A stretch of DNA of 64,000 bases. It comes from an uncultured delta proteobacterium. GTDB taxonomy: Bacteria > Desulfobacterota > Binatia > UBA9968. Both the position numbers and the translations under genes were made by a program. The stretch is taken from contig CAVWLW010000067.1 of the NCBI GenBank assembly GCA_963755715.1, positions 1 to 64,000 of the forward strand, in the 5' to 3' direction. Every line of letters starts with the position of its first letter. Within the stretch, counting starts at the first letter, position 1. Below the pieces are notes generated by a model that saw nothing but the letters and a program-made list of their open reading frames with translations, searched no databases and had not been told where the DNA came from. Positions 38,461 to 48,141 of the stretch are shown here, in pieces.

Positions 38461-40020
38461 TTAGACTTCCGCCGCGAGAGTCAGTTTCTTGAGCTTCTTG
38501 AGGAATCCTCCACGGCTCATACCGAGCATCTGCGCCGCCTTCAGCTTGTTGCCGCCTACCTGGTTCAAGGCATCTTGAATCATCCGGCGTTCGAGCGCGT
38601 CGACCGCTTCGAAGAGCGATTTACCGGTTATCGGCGCAGCGTGGGTTGACTGCGGGACCGGCTTTACCTCGGATTGAATAGCGACCTGATCTTCGGTGAT
38701 GATTTTTCCACGCACCGAAGCCACTAACCGTTTTATTTCATTTTCGAGCTGGCGCGCGTTGCCCGGCCAGTGGTACGCCGACAAGCGATCGAGAGCTGCC
38801 GCGCTCAATTGTTTGGGTTCGACAGACATCGTCGCGCAGTGCTTCTGCAAGAAGTGATTTGCCAGAATCGCGATATCCTCGGGCGTCTCGCGCAGCGATG
38901 GTGTTTGAATATTGACGACGCTCAATCTGTAATAGAGATCTGCGCGAAACTGTTTTTCTCGCACGGCGGCTTCCAGGTTGCGGTTGGTCGCGGCGATGAT
39001 GCGCACATTGATCGGCACCGGCGTGCGGCCGCCGACGCGGTCGACGGAGCGTTCCTGCAGCACCCGAAGGATCTTCGCTTGTGCCGTGAGACTCAAATCG
39101 CCGATTTCGTCGAGGAACAGCGTGCCCTCGTGGGCGGCTTCGAATTTGCCGATACGTCGATCGACGCCGGTCGCGACGCCTTTCTCAATGCCGAATAATT
39201 CCGCCTCGACCAGCGCATCTGGCAACGCCGCGCAGTTAACCGCGATAAAGGGGTACTTCGCTCGGGGGCTGTTGAAATGCAACGCCTTGGCGATCAGTTC
39301 TTTGCCGGTGCCGCTTTCGCCTTGAATGAGCACGTCGACCGAGCTCGGTCGGATCTGATCGATCAGCCGGATAGTCGACTCGATTCGGTGGCTCATGCCG
39401 ACGATATTCTGGGTGGAAAAACCGCTGATAAACTGCGCCGCCGGATAATTTGCGCGGTCAGTATTTTTTTGCGCCTTCAGCTCCGCTGCGACCGCGGAAT
39501 TTTCCAATACATCAGCCAATCGCGCCGCCAGCGTGGCGAGGATTTCCGCGTCCTCGGCGGTAAAACTGCCGCCCAACTTGTTGGTTGCTTCACCCACGCC
39601 GATCACCGCGCCATCGAGGCTATGTAAAGGCACGGCGAGAAGAGTATCGGTTTGATAACCGGTCTCGACGTCCACTTCTTTGTAAAAGAGCGGATGCTGA
39701 TAGGCGTCGACGACATTGATTGTCTGGCCGCTCAAGGCCACGGCGCCGGCGATCCCCAGTCTGGCGTCAAAACGCATGATTTTCCCTTCTTGGGAAATTG
39801 CCGACCAGAGCTCGCAATTGTCGCGGTCGAACAGAAAGATGCTGACCCGATCCGCCTGCAGCAGTTCCTTGGCTTCGCGCGTGATTAGCGATTGCAGCGA
39901 GGCCAGATCTGTCATCGCGCTCATGCGCCGACAAATGTTGAGAACCGCCCGCAGCTTGTCCACATGTTGCGCGCCTGCGATTTCGTTTTCAGTTTCGTAA
40001 TTGGATGTGCCAGACACCAC
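38461..40020 (-). CDS. GAF-domain sigma54-dependent transcriptional activator (bEBP)
   Basis: GAF (ADRVSIFL...LLAVPL), GESGTGKE, ELFGIEKGVATGV, LFLDEIG, WPGNARQL, Fis-type HTH. Confidence 0.92.
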   Translation of the reverse strand: MVSGTSNYETENEIAGAQHVDKLRAVLNICRRMSAMTDLASLQSLITREAKELLQADRVSIFLFDRDNCELWSAISQEGKIMRFDARLGIAGAVALSGQTINVVDAYQHPLFYKEVDVETGYQTDTLLAVPLHSLDGAVIGVGEATNKLGGSFTAEDAEILATLAARLADVLENSAVAAELKAQKNTDRANYPAAQFISGFSTQNIVGMSHRIESTIRLIDQIRPSSVDVLIQGESGTGKELIAKALHFNSPRAKYPFIAVNCAALPDALVEAELFGIEKGVATGVDRRIGKFEAAHEGTLFLDEIGDLSLTAQAKILRVLQERSVDRVGGRTPVPINVRIIAATNRNLEAAVREKQFRADLYYRLSVVNIQTPSLRETPEDIAILANHFLQKHCATMSVEPKQLSAAALDRLSAYHWPGNARQLENEIKRLVASVRGKIITEDQVAIQSEVKPVPQSTHAAPITGKSLFEAVDALERRMIQDALNQVGGNKLKAAQMLGMSRGGFLKKLKKLTLAAEV

Positions 40021-40389
40021 GCCCTGAATTACACAATCGGCGCAACGCTGTCAACGAAAGTCGACGGCGTAACATTCTAGAATGCTGGCCTTGAAAATCT
40101 TGGCCGAAATGATTCTTGATATTTCTTTGTGCGTTCTGCGATCGCGAGTCAGTCTATTCGACCGCCGTTCTAACGCTTAGAACAAATTGCCGGCAAGATT
40201 TGGCTCGCGATTCTTTCTGTTCGAATTCCGCGCGGCTTACTTGTTTGTTGACAATTCTGTCTCGTGTCGAACCTAGGTGTGTATCTTTATGCAATCGTTT
40301 CTATGTCGACTTCTGCATACAGAGGTAAATCATGGCGGAAGTTTAGCGAGTTTGTCAGAACCATTTTCCCATCTCGTGCTCTTTTCTGA

Positions 40390-40405
40390 TGGCACGTTGG
40401 TTGCT
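40390..40405 (+). promoter_or_regulatory. Sigma54 -24/-12 promoter
   Basis: TGGCAC-GTTGG-TTGCT, a perfect consensus match lying between two divergent bEBP genes. Confidence 0.85.
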
Positions 40406-40427
40406 TTTTTACGAGGGACACAAATCC

Positions 40428-40440
40428 AATCAACCGCTTA
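40428..40440 (+). promoter_or_regulatory. IHF-like binding site
   Basis: AATCAACCGCTTA matches WATCAANNNNTTR. Confidence 0.45.
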
Positions 40441-40586
40441 AAGAAAAATTTATCGAGGCTATGTACAAAGAGAGATAAGGCAGCTCGGTATCTTCAGTTG
40501 TGGTCGCGTCACGTAGTAAAACGTTTGTTCGAAATCTGACCGGAGTGACGCCTGTCAATTTTGCGCCAAGAAGCAAATTTAAAGCC

Positions 40587-41963
40587 ATGACGAATACTTT
40601 AATAGTGAATCAAGGGACGGCGGTGTGCAGCGAAAGGCATTGCAATGAATTGACTCGGCTGCTTGCGCCGACTTCCTTCATTAAAATGGAATTACCGATC
40701 GGCGCTGCGTTAAGCACGGTGGCGCGCATGCCCGAGATCGTGTTTATCCGACTCAGCGCGGCTGGCGATGAGAAAGGTCTTATTGAAACCTGTAAGGCGC
40801 GCTGGCGTGACGCCGTGATCGTCGCGATCGTCTGCAACGCCGCTGTTTGGGGCGGCGATATGAAACTGGCTCCTTTACTCGCACTGGCGGACGACTTTCT
40901 ATTTTGTCCGGCGCTTTCAAAGGAATTGTTGCTACGCAGCGAGCGGGCCCTGTTGTCGCGCCGGCCGAAAGTCGTTGCACAAAAGGAAACCGCGGAATTG
41001 CTGGCAAACCTGCCGCTGGTCGGTCAAAGCCCGGCGTTTCTAGCCGTGATCAACAAGACTGCCGCTTTGGCGCGCAGCGACGCCACGGTATTAGTTTCGG
41101 GTGAAACGGGCAGCGGCAAAGAGCTGGTTGCGCGGGCAATCCATTACCAAGGAGCACGACGGTCAAAGCCATTCATTCCGGTCAACTGCGGCGCTCTGCC
41201 CGATCATCTGTTTGAGAATGAGCTGTTCGGACACAATAAAGGAGCCTTTACCGATGCTTCGTCTGCGGAGCAAGGTCTGATTGCTGAAGCGGAAGGCGGG
41301 ACCCTGTTTCTGGATGAGGTTGATACACTTAGCCCTTCTGGCCAGGTCAAATTGCTGCGCTTTTTACAGAATGGAGAATATCGGCCTATTGGTTCGTCCC
41401 GGTTCGCTATCGGCGACGTTCGAGTTGTCGCAGCTACGAACGCCGATCTTTTTGAGCGAGTCAAATCCAAGGTGTTCCGTGAGGACCTGTATTATCGTCT
41501 TAATTCCCTGTCACTGTCCATTCCCCCTCTTAGGGAGCGGGTCGAGGACGTCGCTCCTCTCGTCACTCACTTTCTTGAACGATATGCGATGGAACATAGA
41601 CAGAAAGTTACAAATATTTCTCGGGCGGCTCTGCGAAAACTAATGTCGTATTCGTGGCCTGGCAATATTCGGGAGCTGGAAAGCGTCATGACAAGAGTCC
41701 TGGTTTTCACGACCTCGGAGATTCTCCAGCCAGATGACATCGATCTGCCGTCATCTGATCGTGCAGAATCCACCAGAGCTCAATCCCTCCAGGAGGCTAA
41801 GACCAGTACGATTACGATTTTCGAACGCAGCTATCTAGCAAAACTTTTGGCGTTACATCAGGGAAACATTACCCACGCTGCCAAAGCCGCTGGTAAAGAG
41901 CGACGGACTTTTCAACGTCTCCTGCGTAAACACAATCTCGATCGACACGCCTTTCGGTTCTGA
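40587..41963 (+). CDS. Sigma54-dependent activator with degenerate receiver-like N-terminus
   Basis: GETGSGKE, ELFGHNKGAFTDA, LFLDEVD, WPGNIREL, HTH GNITHAAKAAGKERRTF; start uncertain (GTG 40500 possible). Confidence 0.9.
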   Translation: MTNTLIVNQGTAVCSERHCNELTRLLAPTSFIKMELPIGAALSTVARMPEIVFIRLSAAGDEKGLIETCKARWRDAVIVAIVCNAAVWGGDMKLAPLLALADDFLFCPALSKELLLRSERALLSRRPKVVAQKETAELLANLPLVGQSPAFLAVINKTAALARSDATVLVSGETGSGKELVARAIHYQGARRSKPFIPVNCGALPDHLFENELFGHNKGAFTDASSAEQGLIAEAEGGTLFLDEVDTLSPSGQVKLLRFLQNGEYRPIGSSRFAIGDVRVVAATNADLFERVKSKVFREDLYYRLNSLSLSIPPLRERVEDVAPLVTHFLERYAMEHRQKVTNISRAALRKLMSYSWPGNIRELESVMTRVLVFTTSEILQPDDIDLPSSDRAESTRAQSLQEAKTSTITIFERSYLAKLLALHQGNITHAAKAAGKERRTFQRLLRKHNLDRHAFRF

Positions 41964-42006
41964 TCTCGCTAATCTTTCCTCTCTCCAGGTTTTTTTCTTG
42001 AGCTGA

Positions 42007-42114
42007 TGCGGCGGAAAGCGCGCTGTAATGCGGCGTCATCGCCGCGTCTGTCGTCCCTTAAATTTCAACGCATTGCCAGACACTTGCACTAAACGACGCG
42101 GCTGGTCTGCCGCA
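42007..42114. promoter_or_regulatory. Putative bEBP enhancer boxes (GCGGC-N6-GCCGC) with an IHF-like site
   Basis: tgcggcgtcatcgccgcg (42029-42046), cgcggctggtctgccgca (42097-42114), degenerate copy at 42007; tttcaacgcattg at 42063-42075. Confidence 0.6.
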
Positions 42115-42167
42115 CTTGCCACAACGCTACACCGATAATCCTTAAGGATATTCGGGGTTCTCTTTTT

Positions 42168-42183
42168 TGGTATTCCAATTGCT
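42168..42183 (+). promoter_or_regulatory. Sigma54 -24/-12 promoter of the eCIS operon
   Basis: TGGTAT-TCCAA-TTGCT with exact GG-N10-GC spacing, ~45 bp before the first operon gene. Confidence 0.75.
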
Positions 42184-42226
42184 CCTTCGCAAGAGCATCC
42201 ACGAGCCATTAAAGAAGGATAATCCG

Positions 42227-42523
42227 TTGAGTGAGCAGGACTTACCCGAGGGCGATGAGCAGGTAATCCGAGGAATCCTCCAATATTTGATCGAGCATCC
42301 CGACGCGAAGGATACGGGAGAAGGGATAGCTAAATGGTGGCTGGCAGGCACCGATGCTGAGTCGAAAAAAAAACAGGTTCAGAATGCGCTTGATTGTTTA
42401 ACCGCAAGAGGATGGCTAACAAAACGTGAAACATCCCGAAGGGAAAAAATTTACGGCCTTAACCGTAATCTATTACCGGAGATCAGGGGGTTCTTGAGAA
42501 TACAGGGAACGTTGGCGCACTGA
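42227..42523 (+). CDS. Small winged-helix-like protein heading the eCIS operon
   Basis: ILQYLIEHPDAKDTGEGIAKWWL...VQNALDCLTARGWL...IYGLN pattern; TTG start after AGAAGGA RBS, downstream of the sigma54 promoter. Confidence 0.7.
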   Translation: MSEQDLPEGDEQVIRGILQYLIEHPDAKDTGEGIAKWWLAGTDAESKKKQVQNALDCLTARGWLTKRETSRREKIYGLNRNLLPEIRGFLRIQGTLAH

Positions 42524-42592
42524 AACTCATCGCGTGAAAGCAACTGTGACAGGCGTGGTAAAACATTTAGCCTTATGGAGTGAGGAAGACCT

Positions 42593-43201
42593 TTGTACAC
42601 AGCGTTGCGGGCAACGAGCCGAACTTTATCGAAATTTCTCGAGACCAGCTTTCTAGCCGACCCATTGTTGAGCGGGTTCTTCGGCGGCGGCATGGTGGTG
42701 TCGCTCGCCACGCCCCAGGAGATGAACGAGAAGCCCGCGGAAGGATTGTCCGTCTGGCTCTATCGAATTATCCGCGACGAACAGCGTCTCAACGATCCTG
42801 CGGTTCGAATCAGCGCCACAGAACTGCGACCGCCGCCGCTGCCCGTCCGGCTCCACTACCTGATGACGCCGGTGACGAATGAGCAGACCGGCGATCCCGA
42901 AACCGAGCAGCTTATGCTCGGCAAGGTGCTGCAAGCGTTTTATAGCCACTCCGTGCTGCGCGGCGCGGACCTTCAGGCCGAGTTCTCGGGAACGGAGGTG
43001 GAACTCAAAGTTCGTCTCGAACCTTTGACACTCGAAGAGATCACACGCGTCTGGGAAGCTCTCGACGGCTCCTATCAGCTGTCGGTCTCCTATGAAGTCA
43101 GTGTTGTAAATATCATGCCCGAGGCGGAACCGGAGCGCGTCACTCCCGTGCAGATCGCGATGCCGGAATACGGACTGATCGTGCCCGCCGGGCCGACGTG
43201 A
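42593..43201 (+). CDS. DUF4255 / Pvc16(Afp16)-like tail terminator-cap protein
   Basis: LSVWLYRI, PPLPVRLHYLMT, LGKVLQAF, SVSYEVSVV. Confidence 0.88.
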   Translation: MYTALRATSRTLSKFLETSFLADPLLSGFFGGGMVVSLATPQEMNEKPAEGLSVWLYRIIRDEQRLNDPAVRISATELRPPPLPVRLHYLMTPVTNEQTGDPETEQLMLGKVLQAFYSHSVLRGADLQAEFSGTEVELKVRLEPLTLEEITRVWEALDGSYQLSVSYEVSVVNIMPEAEPERVTPVQIAMPEYGLIVPAGPT

Positions 43202-43215
43202 CAGGAGATTGATCG

Positions 43216-44391
43216 ATGCCGCGTCGCACTATTCAGCTCGATAACAGAACTATCGTGTTCTCACCTGATGATCCCGTACTCCCTGTGGATCGGTTTCAGG
43301 CCGTCATTAAAGTTCGGGTCACGGACGAGTTGACCGGTGCCGCGCCGAATAGTCGAACGACGCTCGAGGTCAAAGAGCGGGGATTTTTTCCGCGCCTGGG
43401 AAGCGATGGCCTGGGTGGATTGGTCGGCCTGCCGCGCCAGGTGTTTCCGGCACTGCAGGCCCGCGACTATCCCGTTCACCTGACGATTGACGCGGCAAGA
43501 TACGAGCGCCGCGATCATAAGAAGGATGTTCCTCAGGATCTCAGCTTCCCCACCACATTTACGCCTGCGGAGGTCGATATCGCACTGCACCGCCAACCGG
43601 TCTTCATTGCCGGGCGAACCGCGCGCTTGATCAACAATGCCAGCGCGCCGTTACCGGGCGCGCAGATCACCGTGACGGGCATATGGCGAATGCCGCCGTC
43701 GGCCAATGTCTCGATCCCTCCCGATCCGCCCAATATCGTTTCGCTGGTGCCGCCTCTGTATGCCGATCGCGCGGCCTTGACGCAGTCCCTGGCGCCGCGG
43801 GATTTGACGCCGGTCATCGGCGCCGACAAGGCGCTCGTTGATGATATTGCCGCTTCCGCCAAGGCGATTCGCATCTCCGACCGGTTGGGGTTGGCGCCGG
43901 GAAACATTTTGCTGATCGATGCCGACGAACCCGATCGGGCGGAATTCATTGCGATTGAAAACCTGACGACAACCGCGCCGGCGGATCAGCCCGCGGCCGT
44001 GACCCTGAATTACCCGGTGATTTTTTCGCATCGGCGAGGCGTGGTCGTGCGCCAGGCGAGCGCGCAGGCGCCGGGAGCGAGCGAGACTCTCAGCGTCGAG
44101 GCCTGGGCCGGTGATGCCTGTGTATATCTTAACGCCCTGGGCGGTTTGACCGGCGCGCAGGAAGTCGAAATTACCGGCGGACCAGGGCCGGATGAGTATC
44201 ATAGAGTGACGATTTTTTCCGTCACCAGCGACGCCGACGGATACTATCGCCTGCCGCCGCTCAGCCGCGTGGCGCAACTGGAGATTCACGCGGAGAAAGT
44301 GGTGGGAGCGCAGACATTTCAGGCGACGACGATTTTTCGTCCCGACTATCAGCAGCGCGACAACCGCCTGGATTTCATGCTGGCCGCTTAG
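43216..44391 (+). CDS. eCIS accessory protein: carboxypeptidase-regulatory-like beta domains with inserted sheath-like repeat domains
   Basis: VRVTDELTGA, PLPGAQITV, VTSDADGYYRL; insert ending LNYPVIFSHRRGVVV. Confidence 0.6.
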   Translation: MPRRTIQLDNRTIVFSPDDPVLPVDRFQAVIKVRVTDELTGAAPNSRTTLEVKERGFFPRLGSDGLGGLVGLPRQVFPALQARDYPVHLTIDAARYERRDHKKDVPQDLSFPTTFTPAEVDIALHRQPVFIAGRTARLINNASAPLPGAQITVTGIWRMPPSANVSIPPDPPNIVSLVPPLYADRAALTQSLAPRDLTPVIGADKALVDDIAASAKAIRISDRLGLAPGNILLIDADEPDRAEFIAIENLTTTAPADQPAAVTLNYPVIFSHRRGVVVRQASAQAPGASETLSVEAWAGDACVYLNALGGLTGAQEVEITGGPGPDEYHRVTIFSVTSDADGYYRLPPLSRVAQLEIHAEKVVGAQTFQATTIFRPDYQQRDNRLDFMLAA

Positions 44392-44460
44392 AGAGATCGG
44401 AGATCCGATGACGGAAAAGTCCGCTGAACCGAAAACAGTGATCAACCCCGGAGGAGCACT

Positions 44461-47400
44461 ATGCCTGAATATCTAGCCCCAGCAGTCTATGTCGAAGAAA
44501 TCGACAGCGGCAATAAGCCGATTGAAGGCGTGAGCACGAGCACGGCGGGAATGATCGGCGTCACCGAGCGCGGGCCTGCCAACGTGCCGATTCTCGTGAC
44601 CAGCTACGGCGAATACGTGCGCTGGTTCGGCGAGCGGCTGAATCGCGCCGATTTTGGCGATCACTGCTATCTGCCGCACGCCGTCGAAGGGTTTTTCACC
44701 AATGGCGGCAAGCGCGTTTTTATCACTCGAGTGGAGGCAAGCGGCGCGGCCCGGGCAACTTTCGAGCTGCACGATCGCGGCGACGCCAACTCGGCCTCCA
44801 CCGTGCTGCTGCGCACCGCTCCTGCCGGCACGGGAACCGCCGGAAATACGCCGATCTATGTTCTGACTATCAATACACCGCTCGCGAGCGCCCTGGCGAA
44901 CGGAGATCAAATCCGGCTCGGCGATGATAGCGACGCGGAATATCGGGTCATTGCGACGATTGAGCCGTCCGCCAGCACGACTCACGTGCCGCTGAGTTTG
45001 CCGCTGAGCCGCGCCCATGGCAGCGGCGTGACGGTCCATCAGATCAACCGCGTCGCCATCGCTTTCCCATCGACGGCCACGGCCCTGGCTATCGCCGAAG
45101 ATTCGCTCGCCGGCGACAATGCCGTCGTTGTCAGCGGCGACGCCGGTGATGTTGCCACTCTGGGCGCCAACCAACTGCTGGAAATCGGCGATCCGTTCTT
45201 CAACGAGCATCGATTTATCCGGACTGCGACGATCGACCCGGCGGACAACACGCGCGTCAGGGTGACGCTTGACGGCCCGCTCGGCCTGGACCATGCGGCC
45301 GCGGCCAATGCGGCGCGCCGGCTCGATATCGATCTTACCAACGTCGCCGTGCCGGTGGATGACGATACTCTCAGCGTTGCCGCCCTGGCGAACGATCGCG
45401 TCGCCTACGTCACCGATCGGAACAGCAACTTCGATGACCGCACCAGTGTGATCATTTTTGATATCAATACCGTGGCTGCCCGTGAAGCGCGGCGCATCGG
45501 CACGCTCTCGATGCTGACCCTGGCGACCGGGGTCTATGCCGCTAGTCCGGCGGGATCCGTCGTCGAACGCGTGGACCTGGGCGACGACGGCGCGGTAACC
45601 GTCAAGACCCTGACGGCCGGCGCGCGCGCCGGAACGGCGGTCATCGCTCTCGATAACCGCGTTGGACTCGTAGTGAACGGGATTCTGCGCATCGGCGCCG
45701 CGCCAGACGATGAATATCTGACGATTGCGGCATTGCCGAATCCCTCGCCCGGCAACGCGGCGCCCAACGCGGGCAATGTCGTGCTGGCTCATGCGCTCAA
45801 CCGCGATCATCCGCTTGGAACTCGTGCTTGGCTGGAAACGGATCCGGTCGGTCAACCCGGCGAGGCCCGCCACTGCGTTATTGATCGATGCCGATATTGG
45901 CGGCGCTTCGCTGCCGGTGACCGACGGAACCGGTTACGCTCAGGATGAATTCGTCAGGCTGACGCCCGCCGGTGGAGGCCAACCGCTATACCATCGGCTG
46001 GCGGCCAATGCCGTGAGTCTCGATGCGCGACTGGTGGACTTGACCGTGCCATTATCCCGCGCGCATGCCGCCGGAGCCGCGGTGGCGGAACGCGCGCCGC
46101 TGCTCAACTTGCAGGCGCTCGATACCGGCGATTGGGGCAACCGTTTGCGCGTTTCAGTGCAGGATGAGCCGGCGGGAATGGTGCCGCGGACCACTGTGAG
46201 CAGCGTCATCGATGCCGCCCACATTCGTCTGGCATCCGCGGCCGGCGTCGAAGCGGGAACGATTCTCGAAGTTTTCAATCCGGCGGACGGCGCGGTGGTC
46301 GGCGATCTGTTGAAAGTGACGGACGTCAATCGCGCCGCCAACTTTACGATTACGCTTGACGGCGCCGGCATTTCCATCGCCCAATCGGCGCCCGGCCTGG
46401 CGGTCCGGTCAAGAGAATTTCGTCTCACGGTCTATTTATTCCGTCAACCGGATCCGGCGATCCCTTCGCGCAACGAAACGATCCTCGACAGCGAAGTGTT
46501 TCGCTATCTCTCGATGGACCCGCGCCACAGCCGCTACGTGCAGGACATCATCGGCGACATCAACGGCGCGCTCCGGCTCTCCGACCGCCGTCCGGAAGGC
46601 GAATCAAGGTACATCCGCGTGAGCGATATGAATCCAAGCACGGACATCCGTCTCGGTCCTGAAACTCTGGTGGATGTCTTGCCGGATGGCCGCCGGCGTC
46701 CGGCGCGCCATGCTCTGGGGACCTGGTGCGCGGGACCGATTCCATCGGCACACTCACTGAAGACGATTATGTCGGTCAGGATAGTCAGGACCCGGAGGCG
46801 CGCACCGGACTCCACAGCCTGCGCAACATCGAAGAGATCAGCATCGTCGCCTGTCCGGGACGCACGACCGCGGCGATGCAGAGCGCGCTGATCGACCACT
46901 GCGAGCTGATGCGCTACCGCTTCGCCGTGCTCGACGGCCCGCGGCCGCCGCAGCGACACGCTCGCCGACGTGCAGGCGCAGCGCCAGCAGTTCGACACGA
47001 AATACGCGGCGCTCTATCACCCGTGGCTGCTGATTCCCGATCCGTTCCCGGCGAACCTGAGCCAGATCGCCGACTATCCGATTCCGCCGTCGCGGCCACA
47101 TGGTCGGCATCTACGCGCGCACCGACATCGAGCGCGGCGTGCACAAGGCGCCGGCCAACGAGGTCGTGCGCGGCATCATCGGGCTGCAGCGCATGCTCAA
47201 CAAGGAGCAGCACGACATCCTCAATCCCGTATCCGGTCAACATCAACGTGATCCGCGACTTCCGCGACAACAACCGCGGCATCCGCGTCTACGGCGGCCG
47301 GGTCATCACCAGCGATCCGGACTGGAAGTACGTCAACGTCCGGCGGCTGCTGATCTTCATCGAGGCGTCGATCGATCGCGGGCTGCAGTGGGTGGTCTTC

Positions 47401-47655
47401 GAGCCCAACGCCGAGCCGCTGTGGGCGCGCGTGCGCCGGTCGATCGCCAACTTCCTGACGCTGGTCTGGCGCAACGGCGCGCTGGAAGGCACCAAGGTCG
47501 AGGAGGCGTTCTTCGTCAAGTGCGACCGCACGACGATGACGCAGACGGACATCGACAACGGCCGGCTGATCTGCGTGGTCGGCGTCGCGCCGGTGAAGCC
47601 GGCCGAGTTCGTGATCGTCCGCATCGGCCTGTGGACCGCGCACGCGGACGACTGA
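44461..47655 (+). CDS. Tail sheath protein 1 (~1060 aa, with large insertion), several frameshifts
   Basis: MPEYLAPAVYVEE, AVEGFFTNGG, YAALYHPW, GVHKAPAN, WKYVNVRRL, WVVFEPN, GVAPVKPAEF. Confidence 0.92.
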
Positions 47656-47679
47656 AGAGCTCGAAGGAGGAGCTGACCG

Positions 47680-48123
47680 ATGGCCACCGGAGAACGGCGC
47701 GATCCGTTTCGCGCATTCAACTTTCAGCTCGAAATCGACGGCATCGCCGCGCGGCGCGTTCAGCGAAGTGCAGCGGCCTGACCGCGGAAGGCGACGCGGT
47801 GGATTACCGCGAAGGCACCGACCTGCAGCCCAACGTGCGCAAGCTCGTCGGCCTGCGCAAGTACACCAACATCACGCTCAAGCGCGGCTACACGCAGGAC
47901 GAACTCGCTGTGGGACTGGTACAGCAACATTCACAACGGCGTCGCCGACCGGCGCAACGTCACCATCATCCTGATGAACGAGGAGCGCCAGCCGGTGATG
48001 CGCTGGCACGCCGAGAACGCCTGGATCAACAAGATCGAAGGGCCGAGCTTCAAGGCGAGCGGCAACGAAGTCGCCATCGAATCGGTCGAGCTGGTCCACG
48101 AAGGGCTGACCATCGAAGTGTGA
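47680..48123 (+). CDS. Tail tube protein (Afp1/gp19-like), frameshifted, missed by the ORF track
   Basis: RBS AAGGAGG; MATGERRDPFRAFNFQLEIDG...YREG...KYTNITLKRG...NEVAIESVELVHEGL across frames. Confidence 0.88.
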
Positions 48124-48141
48124 GCCGCGAGGGATTCTCAC

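Noticed and set aside
42167-42226. Track start for the winged-helix-like gene
   Set aside because: It overlaps the sigma54 promoter; TTG at 42227 has an RBS.
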